Source: an uncultured Candidatus Saccharibacteria bacterium
Lineage (GTDB): Bacteria; Patescibacteriota; Minisyncoccia; Phycocordibacterales; UBA2135
Length of the DNA: 52,543 nt
Direction of reading: 5' to 3'
Assembly (NCBI GenBank): GCA_964573545.1
Contig: CAZNJQ010000002.1
Coordinates: 1-52,543 of the forward strand
This document shows, piece by piece, positions 44,801 through 51,956 of this stretch. The position numbers were made by a program, and so were the translations under genes. Below the pieces are notes generated by a model that worked only from the letters and a program-made list of their open reading frames with translations, searched no databases and was not told where the DNA came from. Position 1 is the stretch's first letter; each line of letters begins with the position of its first letter.

Positions 44801-45552
44801 CAACACTCCAGGGGAACACGACGGGCACATCAACCATTCAAGGTTTCTTGAACGTAATGGGAACAAACTCAACTTCGACATTCAGCGGCGGCATCCAGGC
44901 GACATATCTCAATATAACGGGAACTATCGCGACATCGACATTCGCGAACGGCATATCGTTGACGTCGGGATGTTTCCGGTTGCCTGACGGTTCGTGTGCC
45001 GGTTCCGGAGGAGGGTCTCTTCTCAACAGCGCACTCACGAAAGGATACTTCGTGGTCGGCAATGACGCCGGATTATCACAGGCGACATCTTCAATCTTTT
45101 TGTCTTCGACCGGAAATTTCGGCATCGGTACCACATCACCATGGACGCGCCTTTCTGTCACGAACACCGTTTCCTCTGCGCAGGTGTCAATCGCATATGA
45201 TGCGGCGACATACGCCACATTCCAGGTCGATTCGGTGGGAGACCTTATCGGCGACCCGCAAGGGAACGATTTCCGCTTGAATGACGACAACCTCTGGGTC
45301 TGTGCGAGCGGCGCCTGTCCTACGGGGAGCCCGGTCGGTACGGGAAATCTTATAATAGAAACTGCCATAGGTATCGCCTCATCCACGCCATGGACTGGGT
45401 ACGAACTTGCGGTTGCGGGAGATATCATCATAACGGCGACAACAACCCTTGGTAACAACTTCAAATTTGCGCCAATGGTGGGCACAACGACGGAAATGGG
45501 CCTCTACAACTCATCCGGTTCGCTTATCCTCATCTTCGACGAATGGCAGTAA
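41896..45552 (+). CDS. Giant membrane protein: N-terminal excisionase/MerR-like HTH, one TM helix, coiled coil, tail-fibre-like Gly/Thr/Ser-rich ectodomain (1218 aa)
   Basis: The HTH is YISSKQAGELFGYTSDYIGQLCRAKKLDGKILGKTWFITEESL. The TM segment is LQFTAFIFMLSAIGGGAFYA (about 42538-42613). Fibre motifs are NYLPLAGGTLTGTLTG and a recurring (L/I)G(V/I)GTT(S/T)P...L.V. Confidence 0.8.
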   Translation: MESEFFLEGKKYISSKQAGELFGYTSDYIGQLCRAKKLDGKILGKTWFITEESLLAHQNKKNEKQSKKNRPRPAEDARPDEESISYVEMWGSAPSPQRSLKEERSGEIHITRSYRALEDIDSSWEQVLFSGSSAGEYAIRKNISEKKTALSQAGSVQVTISQNFSQKEKNAPASRYGILRNEFEKQNKRTKEDRLVGNFLQTTTRFSDFISPRTALQFTAFIFMLSAIGGGAFYANNVFTYDRSSSYAASETASEKLLTMAENWSDRMVTKISTFDDKIVARTAGFAAKLDGILAQEDVFEKEVVLLQDQTPENQESQDFQGFSVFSRGIAQFLNAFGEELSTITRSAMTSITSGAREYLQVIKATVHYVKYDPSSLFSNRISTRYYVSFIDTTIRDESARERLATFSLPSLIPDISSIALHTGIKYAAFVTYQSIHTTGDILKAGYSLFFETDEDMTHVAVIEPKQEERESILSEKISALEQEIKYLKTQGVSVVFSPGAPAIVERAIERVTPGVSDAILDDKLNTLENKLRQEIFRVQGSTNSTVQSNARAIALTNVINRLSNVTITDATVSGVSGLTDADIPNDIVASNYLPLAGGTLTGTLTGTNAVFTGTLGVGTTTPSEDFAVANRIYVGGTGTSTIQNNLSILGSIAIGNVCINCDSSGGFSGAGISASATSTFSAPLIATYVPPNAHTFPAWSIGASGSNVTSASLVINPASASSDTNLLGVAVNGAVRFLVDAEGDVFANSLTSVGGETLSTTTIATLTVENNSTLGDATTTDRVYFNSRIGSSLIPTANNILNIGDTTNGLAWRTGIFGTSLGVGTTSPSWPLAVAGAGSFDDYVRASYFNATSSTATSTFSGGLTANNIKIGSGTYLFNAATSSFTQGINISDGCFSVDGVCVVGRVTSVTANANNTLTISPTFGDVVAGLNLSNPNTWTGLQQFSAGASTTRLSVIDTFYVGGTATTTLQGNTTGTSTIQGFLNVMGTNSTSTFSGGIQATYLNITGTIATSTFANGISLTSGCFRLPDGSCAGSGGGSLLNSALTKGYFVVGNDAGLSQATSSIFLSSTGNFGIGTTSPWTRLSVTNTVSSAQVSIAYDAATYATFQVDSVGDLIGDPQGNDFRLNDDNLWVCASGACPTGSPVGTGNLIIETAIGIASSTPWTGYELAVAGDIIITATTTLGNNFKFAPMVGTTTEMGLYNSSGSLILIFDEWQ

Positions 45553-45640
45553 ATCAGCATATGATATAATTGGAAATATAAGTGAATACGGCGCGATTTT
45601 GTTGTAGGGAGTCTATAGTAGCGTTTATTAGTAATTAATA

Positions 45641-45716
45641 ACCATTGACCCGTGATAGGTGACCATTGACCCATTTTTTAGCGGTCAGATGTCAATTGTC
45701 AGAAGTCAATTGTCAA
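45641..45716. repeat. TTGAC/GTCA word-repeat imperfect hairpin upstream of tatA
   Basis: ACCATTGACCCGTGATAGGTGACCATTGACCC faces GGTCAGATGTCAATTGTCAGAAGTCAATTGTCAA. Confidence 0.7.
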
Positions 45717-45722
45717 ATATAT

Positions 45723-45902
45723 ATGTTTGGACTTGGCATACCGGAAATCATCGTCATCGTTCTCGTAATTGGAATCCTCTTTTTTGGTAGCGGTAAAATC
45801 ATAGAATTTGCGCGCAATCTTGGGCGATTCTCCGGCGAATTTAAGAAGGGGAAGAAAGAAATCGAAAAGGAACTCCGCGAAGGCGAAAAAGAGACTGAAT
45901 GA
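45723..45902 (+). CDS. tatA: Twin-arginine translocase subunit TatA/E
   Basis: MFGLGIPEIIVIVLVIGILFFGSGKI..., then an amphipathic helix. The track start at 45666 lies within the repeat. Confidence 0.85.
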   Translation: MFGLGIPEIIVIVLVIGILFFGSGKIIEFARNLGRFSGEFKKGKKEIEKELREGEKETE

Positions 45903-45941
45903 TCGCCAGAACTTTTATTAGCGACGTAGAGCAGGGACTAT

Positions 45942-46211
45942 ATGGAGACAGGGAAGATCAAAGAAAAATTGGAGAAGATAAATGCGAACAGGAGAACAGT
46001 CCTTAAGTGGCTCATCTTTGGCGCCGGCGCATTTGCTTTGGGAAAAATTTTTGGGCCATATGTCGGTTTATCCCGGCCGCAAGAATTAAACGGCAAGAGC
46101 GCATTCAAGAATTTCAAAGTCGTGGAAACCAACAAAGAATTGCGGCTCTACAACCGCATGGGAGATGAAATCTTTATTATAGAGAAGGAAGGATTCACCG
46201 ATAATCAATGA
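45942..46211 (+). CDS. Small protein with a Tat-type signal peptide (89 aa)
   Basis: NRRTVLKWLIFGAGAFALG fits the (S/T)RRxFLK-like motif plus an h-region. Confidence 0.6.
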   Translation: METGKIKEKLEKINANRRTVLKWLIFGAGAFALGKIFGPYVGLSRPQELNGKSAFKNFKVVETNKELRLYNRMGDEIFIIEKEGFTDNQ

Positions 46212-46250
46212 GGGGTGAATTCGGATTATAATTATTCCTGATTCTTACGT

Positions 46251-46652
46251 ATGGCAATTCGCGTATCAGTTTCCCGTGTCGACATGGACGACAAGACGCT
46301 CCAGAAGCCGGTCCTTAAAGACTACGGCGAAACTCGTATTGCCGAAAACTCGAGCACTGCATACACCATTGACCTCACTCGCGGCAATGTCTACGAAGTG
46401 ACGCTTACCGCGAGTTGTACATTTACATTTTCAAACCCGCCGGCATCAGGTACTGCGGGAAGTTTTACGCTTATTTTAAAACAAGACGCGACAGGGTCCC
46501 GGGGCGTCACATGGCCAACCTCGGTCCAATGGGAAAACGGTTCGGCTCCCGCTATCACGGGCACTGCAAGCGCGACCGATATTCTGACGTTTACCACAAC
46601 AAACGGCGGCACCGCATGGTACGGGTTTTTGAGCGGTCTTGCGTTTGCGTAA
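46251..46652 (+). CDS. Hypothetical beta-rich protein (133 aa)
   Basis: Intact ORF with Thr/Ser/Gly-rich, beta-strand-like periodicity. No motif I can name. Confidence 0.55.
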   Translation: MAIRVSVSRVDMDDKTLQKPVLKDYGETRIAENSSTAYTIDLTRGNVYEVTLTASCTFTFSNPPASGTAGSFTLILKQDATGSRGVTWPTSVQWENGSAPAITGTASATDILTFTTTNGGTAWYGFLSGLAFA

Positions 46653-46730
46653 ATAAATCTACGAAAATATCCAAAGCGAAGCCTTGTATCAAATAATCCA
46701 TACTGCAAAAGACCGCGTGCAATCCAGCAT

Positions 46731-47411
46731 CTACTCCAACGCTAGGTTTTTTCCGGTCGTTACGGAAAAATTCTTGAGCATTTCCGGTATTGATTTCGCG
46801 TACCCTTTTTCTCCTTCAAAAAATTCTAGTAAAAACTCGCGTTGGGTGAGTGAAGGAAAGTTTTTCTTTCCCATGTAATCCAGATGACTGCTCCACCGGT
46901 ATGTATTGAGATGCTCTGCCGCCATTTTCGGATTTTTGATGCCACGCTCCCTCCATTCCGGCAGTGTCAGATCAAGGGGGTTAAAATGGATGTAATAGGG
47001 AATCCATGAAAAGTGCCTGTCGCTGTCTATCGGCACCGATTTATATTTTCCTTGAAACAATGCGCCGCTTCTCTCATATCGTTCGTTAAAATATTTTGCA
47101 TACCCGCCATTCAATTTTTTCATAAAAAGCGGTACGCCATCATGAGCGAGCGGGGACACAAGCAGGTGATAATGATTCGGCATCAGACAAAACGCATGGA
47201 TATGTACCAACAATATCCTCTTTCTTCTCCCCACTTTTTCAAATACTGGACGTCGGACGTCCAGTATTTGAAAATTGCGGGTATTGTTAGTGTCAACATT
47301 TGCGACATCATTAAATTCAAACATATCGTGCATAAATCGAACATGATCTTTCTCATCAAGAAAGATAGTTCTTTTATCAACACCCCGGTTAAGTATATGA
47401 AAAAGCATCAT
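46731..47411 (-). CDS. IS200/IS605-type Y1 (HUH) transposase of the REP-associated tyrosine transposase (RAYT) kind
   Basis: The HUH motif is CLMPNHYHLLV. The catalytic Tyr region is YYIHFNP, followed by YRWSSHLDY. The gene is single-copy and flanked by palindromic REPs. Confidence 0.8.
   Translation of the reverse strand: MMLFHILNRGVDKRTIFLDEKDHVRFMHDMFEFNDVANVDTNNTRNFQILDVRRPVFEKVGRRKRILLVHIHAFCLMPNHYHLLVSPLAHDGVPLFMKKLNGGYAKYFNERYERSGALFQGKYKSVPIDSDRHFSWIPYYIHFNPLDLTLPEWRERGIKNPKMAAEHLNTYRWSSHLDYMGKKNFPSLTQREFLLEFFEGEKGYAKSIPEMLKNFSVTTGKNLALE
47236..47274. repeat. REP copy 1: 39-nt palindrome inside the RAYT ORF
   Basis: TTTTCAAATACTGGACGTC-G-GACGTCCAGTATTTGAAAA. Translated in frame (- strand) as FQILDVRRPVFEK. 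Confidence 0.9.
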
Positions 47412-47426
47412 GGTCTTTTAAATCTA

Positions 47427-47455
47427 CAATACTGGACGTCCGACGTCCAGTATTG
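47427..47455. repeat. REP copy 2: 29-nt palindrome
   Basis: CAATACTGGACGTC-C-GACGTCCAGTATTG, lying 16 nt upstream of the RAYT start codon. Confidence 0.9.
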
Positions 47456-47531
47456 GTTATCAACACGTTAATTCTCTGTAAAAAGATATATTTTCTGTAT
47501 AATTTAAAGGTGAAAAGTAATAAACAGTGAA

Positions 47532-47550
47532 GGACGTCCGACGTCCAGTA
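47532..47550. repeat. REP copy 3 (left arm truncated)
   Basis: GGACGTCCGACGTCCAGTA. A degenerate fourth copy, GTCGGATGTCCAC, is at about 48757-48770. Confidence 0.7.
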
Positions 47551-47635
47551 TGAAACGCGGGCGCGGCGGGAGTCCATCTTTTTTAACTTTTTTAAAACTT
47601 TCAACTTTATAACTTTATAAACTTTTAACTTCGTT

Positions 47636-48736
47636 ATGCACCGCTTCAGAAAAAACAGGGTAGCTTGCGAACTTTTCATGTGGGGAACGAATGCTTCCGG
47701 ACATCTCGGTCTCGGGGATGTCGTAAATCGTTCATCTCCGGTTCAGGTCGGCGCTCTCAATACATGGACATTTATAGCAGGCGGCAGTAGTCATAGCTTT
47801 GGCATCAGTTCCAATGGAACACTTTGGACATGGGGAGCGAATGCTTCCGGAGAGCTCGGTCTCGGGGATGTTGTAGATCGTTCTTCCCCCGTGCAGGTTG
47901 GTTCTCTCTCCACATGGGTATCGACAACGGGAGGAAGCAGCCACTCCATGGCCATTAAATCTGACGGCACGTTGTGGGCGTGGGGAGGTAATAGTAGCGG
48001 CGAACTCGGCCTCGGGGATGCCGCGAATCGCTCGTCTCCTGTGCAAGTGGGCTCACTCACTACATGGACAGCGGTTACTGGAGGAAGCAACCACTCCATG
48101 GCCATTAAATCTGACGGCACGTTGTGGGCGTGGGGAGGTAACGCTCTTGGCCGGCTTGGACTTGGAGACGTCGTACTCCGCTCCTCTCCCGTTCAGGTTG
48201 GTGCGTTAACTACTTGGACATCTGTCGCGGCGGGTGGTGGACATACCCATGCTCTTAAATCTGATGGCACGCTCTGGGCATGGGGAGCTGGTGGGTATGG
48301 CCAGCTTGGTCTGGGTAATACAGAGCACTACTCTTCTCCTGTTCAGGTCGGCTCCCTCACTACATGGGTTTTGGTCATAGAGGGAGATTATCACTCTCAT
48401 GCCCTCAAATCAGACGGCACACTCTGGGGACAAGGATTCAACGGCCCAGGCGTGCTTGGTGTGGGGGATACTGTCCATAGATCATCTCCTGTTCAAGTTG
48501 GAGCACTCACAACATGGGTCTCACTTTCAAAAGCGCGGGGTAGACATATGGTTGCCATTAAGTCTGATGGTACTCTGTGGGCCTGGGGGACAAATACTTC
48601 TGGACAACTCGGCATCGGGGATGCTGTAAATCGTTCATCTCCGGTTCAAGTAGGGTCCCTTACTACATGGGTGTCGCTTGGAGAAGGATACTCCCACTCT
48701 GCTGCCCTCAGCCGCTCGGAGGGGATGAGACGATAG
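47636..48736 (+). CDS. RCC1-repeat (7-bladed beta-propeller) protein
   Basis: Seven ~50-aa repeats of the form G.LW.WG.N..G.LG.GD...RSSPVQVG.L..W. Confidence 0.85.
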   Translation: MHRFRKNRVACELFMWGTNASGHLGLGDVVNRSSPVQVGALNTWTFIAGGSSHSFGISSNGTLWTWGANASGELGLGDVVDRSSPVQVGSLSTWVSTTGGSSHSMAIKSDGTLWAWGGNSSGELGLGDAANRSSPVQVGSLTTWTAVTGGSNHSMAIKSDGTLWAWGGNALGRLGLGDVVLRSSPVQVGALTTWTSVAAGGGHTHALKSDGTLWAWGAGGYGQLGLGNTEHYSSPVQVGSLTTWVLVIEGDYHSHALKSDGTLWGQGFNGPGVLGVGDTVHRSSPVQVGALTTWVSLSKARGRHMVAIKSDGTLWAWGTNTSGQLGIGDAVNRSSPVQVGSLTTWVSLGEGYSHSAALSRSEGMRR

Positions 48737-48795
48737 GTTATAGGTAATAGGTTTTAGTCGGATGTCCACCAATTAAGATTATTTGAGTCGCGGCG

Positions 48796-48837
48796 CGCCA
48801 AAAGCGCGTCGCCGCGTTTGCGTTTTGGCGGTTTTTT
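48796..48837 (+). terminator. Probable terminator after the RCC1 gene
   Basis: CGCCAAAA...TTTTGGCG stem enclosing a nested GC hairpin, then GTTTTTT. Confidence 0.45.
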
Positions 48838-48855
48838 GATACAGTAAAACACATA

Positions 48856-49668
48856 ATGCCGCAAAAAACAGACAAAAAAACTCTTCATTTTATGGCGGGC
48901 CTGCCCCGGGCAGGTTCGACCATGCTTATCTCTCTCCTCTCCCAGAATCCGCGCATTCATGGCGTACCTATCTCCGGCCTCTGCGGTATATTTACCGGCA
49001 TTTATGCGAATTGGGATAAAGGGGAATTTCATATTGAAACGCCGAACCCTGAGGCAAAACGTGCCGTGCTCTCCGCAACACTGGGCGCATACCACGAAAA
49101 TGCGAAAAAACCGATTATTATAGATAAGAACCGGCAATGGACACCGCACATCCTGCTTCTTGAGGAAATCCTTGGGAGAAAAATAAAAATCATCGTTCCG
49201 GTCCGCCCGATTGTCGAAATCCTCGCGTCGTTCGAGAAAATACGGCAGACACATCCGCTTGAGCTGACCGGCGCCGATGAGGCTATCGGGGGAGGAACAA
49301 CTATCGCTGCACGGGCAGAATATTTCGCGGCCCCGAACGGCGTCTTGGGGCTTGCATACAATGCGACAAAAGATGCGGTTGTTGCAGGATTCCTCGACCG
49401 GCTTCTCTTTGTTGATTACAACAAACTCATGAACGACCCAGAAACTCAATTAAAGCGTATCTATGAATTCCTCGGCGAAGAATCCTTCAAGCACGATTTC
49501 AAAAATATCACGCGACCAGGAGAATCAAATTGGCGCGTGCATAAATTCCCCGGGCTTCATGATGTCCGGCATGTGTTTGAGAAACAAAGTCCCGACGCAA
49601 AGCGCATTCTAGGGGACGAAGTATACGCGCGATACAACAAAGAGGAGCCATGGGAAGCGTGGACATAA
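48856..49668 (+). CDS. Sulfotransferase-family protein
   Basis: N-terminal PAPS 5'-phosphosulfate-binding-like loop GLPRAGSTML. 270 aa. Confidence 0.6.
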   Translation: MPQKTDKKTLHFMAGLPRAGSTMLISLLSQNPRIHGVPISGLCGIFTGIYANWDKGEFHIETPNPEAKRAVLSATLGAYHENAKKPIIIDKNRQWTPHILLLEEILGRKIKIIVPVRPIVEILASFEKIRQTHPLELTGADEAIGGGTTIAARAEYFAAPNGVLGLAYNATKDAVVAGFLDRLLFVDYNKLMNDPETQLKRIYEFLGEESFKHDFKNITRPGESNWRVHKFPGLHDVRHVFEKQSPDAKRILGDEVYARYNKEEPWEAWT

Positions 49669-49671
49669 AGA

Positions 49672-49793
49672 GACAATTGACATGTGACAATTGACCTTTG
49701 ACTATGAACTATGAAAAAATTCCGTTTCAGAATTTCGTAAGGCATTATTAAGCGCAAAATAACAGTCACATGTCAAATGTCAAAGGTCACATG
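49672..49793. repeat. TTGAC/GTCA word-repeat arms flanking a ~60-nt spacer
   Basis: GACAATTGACATGTGACAATTGACCTTTGAC ... GTCACATGTCAAATGTCAAAGGTCACATG. The right arm runs into the start codon. Confidence 0.7.
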
Positions 49794-51890
49794 TTAGTCA
49801 CTGCGTGCGCCATATGCAAGAACGAGGAGAAAAATATTCCGCAGTGGCTTAAAAACACTGCGGATTTTGATTACCGTGTCGTTGTCGACACCGGAAGTAC
49901 AGACGGCTCCGTAAGGCTTCTTCACGATGCGGGAGTTGTTGTCGTCGAGAAAGCATTTGAACCATTCCGTTTTGATGATGCACGAAATACTGCTTTAGAA
50001 CTCGTACCCGCGAATACTAATTGGTGTATCTGGCCGGATTTTGATGAATATTATGCCGATGGATGGCGGAATGAGATTCTTCGGCTTGTCGGAGAAGACC
50101 CATCCGTAACGCGGATAACATACAGAACATTCCAGAACATGGACGGAGAGATGCCCGAAGGAGCAGAATCTGGAACGCTCATGGAGAGCAAGATACACAA
50201 ATACGGACTCTACCGGTGGGAAAAACCGGTACATGAGTATCTTTCATACGTTGGCGATGCAGAAGAAGTTGTCGCCCATGCGGACACCATCAAAAGATAC
50301 CATCTTCACGTTCCGTCCGAAAAACGGAAGAAGCTCTATTTCGAGATCGCAAAAACGGCAATCGAAAAAAATCCCGACGATGAATATACGACATGGTTTT
50401 TATTGAAGGATTACTACACTTTCGGAGACCTTGAGAAAAGCGCCGAGTATGCAAAAAAATACCTTGAACGAACAAAGGGGAATACCGATTTCAGAGCCAT
50501 CGCGCACAACATCGTGAAGGAAAATGAAACAGCACACATGCAAAAAGAACTGTCTCCGCAGGCGGTGCAGAGCTTCATCATGCATCTTTCGCGCCAGAGG
50601 GAATTGAATGCGGGCATAGAGCTTGCGCGACTCTACCTCAAAAAATTCCCGAATGATTTTCTGATAGCGAATGAGCTCGCGGGAATGCTGTATCAGAGGA
50701 AAGATTTCAAGGAGGCGCTTGCTGTCGCGGAGGTCCTTGCACGCACCGCGCCTCACGATGACGGTGTATCATTTAATCTTGCGAAGTGTTATCACATCGT
50801 CGGAAGACCGGATGATGCACGGAAACTCCTCGAACAGCTCTACAATAAAGATAAAAACAACAGGGATTATGCTCTCGATTATGCGCTCTATTTAAGCGGG
50901 GAGGGGAAATTCGACGAGGCGGAAAACATTCTCCGCGCGTTGCGCCCCGACGACAGGACGCGATTTAACCTCGGCTGGTACGAAATGCGGAAGGGAAATT
51001 TTAAAGAAGGATTTGCGCTCCGCGACTTCGGCCGCACCGAGCACTTGTGGGGAAGTGAGCACCTTGTGAAGATGCCAGCCGAAAAGCGGTATAAAAATGG
51101 CGTGCCGCTTCACGGGAAAACGATGCTTCTCATGGGTGAAGGCGGAATGGGTGACGAGATGATTTTCGCGCGTTTCGCGCATATTCCCAAAGAACGGGGA
51201 GCGAAAAAGGTCATCGTGGGGTGCCTGCCGCAGCTTGTCTCCATATTCAAGCGTTCGCTCAAGGGTGTCGATGAAGTACTACCGCTCTCGGAAGCAAAGG
51301 AGCGCGCGTATGATTTTTATATTCCCATGATGAATGCGCCAAGCCTGCTTTCGCTTGAAAATCCCGTTGTTGATTTCCCGTATCTTTCTTCCGATACAGA
51401 ACGACACGCGCGATGGAAAGAAACGCTCGACTGCATAGCGGACGGGAAGCCGAAGATAGGAATACGGTGGGCGGGGAACCCGCAATTTGAACATGAGCAG
51501 TTTCGCACCGTAGAACCAAAGCACTTCATGGAGCTTTCTCGGTACGGCCAGCTTTTCTCGCTCCAGAGGGACTGGGGAGCGGATTGGCTTCCACATAATC
51601 ACGGGGTATATGATTTACAACATGACCTTACGGATTGGGACGAGACTCTGGCGGCGATTGCGAATCTCGACATGGTCGTATCAAGTTGTACGAGCATTGT
51701 GCATGCGGCGGGAGCGCTGGGAATCCCCGTGTGCGTCATTGTGCCTATCGCGTCATACTTCCCATGGGCGGTTCCCGGGAATAAAAGCGATTGGTATCCG
51801 TCTGTAACTGTTTTCAGACAAGAGAAACCGCGAAGCTGGGAGGAACCATTTCAAAAACTGCATGATTTTTTGAAAGGTTATAAATTTTAG
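49791..51890 (+). CDS. Three-part glycosyltransferase: GT2-like N-domain, TPR repeats, GT9 (heptosyltransferase-like) C-domain
   Basis: ACAICKNEEKNIPQWL...VVVDTGSTDGS is GT2-like. The middle is TPR-like. The C-terminal part, G..MLLMGEGGMGDEMIF...RWAGNP..., is GT9-like. The start could also be ATG 49770. Confidence 0.7.
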   Translation: MLVTACAICKNEEKNIPQWLKNTADFDYRVVVDTGSTDGSVRLLHDAGVVVVEKAFEPFRFDDARNTALELVPANTNWCIWPDFDEYYADGWRNEILRLVGEDPSVTRITYRTFQNMDGEMPEGAESGTLMESKIHKYGLYRWEKPVHEYLSYVGDAEEVVAHADTIKRYHLHVPSEKRKKLYFEIAKTAIEKNPDDEYTTWFLLKDYYTFGDLEKSAEYAKKYLERTKGNTDFRAIAHNIVKENETAHMQKELSPQAVQSFIMHLSRQRELNAGIELARLYLKKFPNDFLIANELAGMLYQRKDFKEALAVAEVLARTAPHDDGVSFNLAKCYHIVGRPDDARKLLEQLYNKDKNNRDYALDYALYLSGEGKFDEAENILRALRPDDRTRFNLGWYEMRKGNFKEGFALRDFGRTEHLWGSEHLVKMPAEKRYKNGVPLHGKTMLLMGEGGMGDEMIFARFAHIPKERGAKKVIVGCLPQLVSIFKRSLKGVDEVLPLSEAKERAYDFYIPMMNAPSLLSLENPVVDFPYLSSDTERHARWKETLDCIADGKPKIGIRWAGNPQFEHEQFRTVEPKHFMELSRYGQLFSLQRDWGADWLPHNHGVYDLQHDLTDWDETLAAIANLDMVVSSCTSIVHAAGALGIPVCVIVPIASYFPWAVPGNKSDWYPSVTVFRQEKPRSWEEPFQKLHDFLKGYKF

Positions 51891-51950
51891 GTATCAGGTT
51901 TTGGGGTACGTTATTCGCCACCTAAAACCTAACACCTATAACCTAATGCC
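51888..51950. repeat. TAGGT/ACCTA word-repeat imperfect hairpin
   Basis: TTAGGTATCAGGTTTTGGGGT ... CACCTAAAACCTAACACCTATAACCTAA. A one-armed copy, GATAGGTTATAGGTAATAGGTTTTAG, is at 48733-48758. Confidence 0.65.
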
Positions 51951-51956
51951 TATTTT

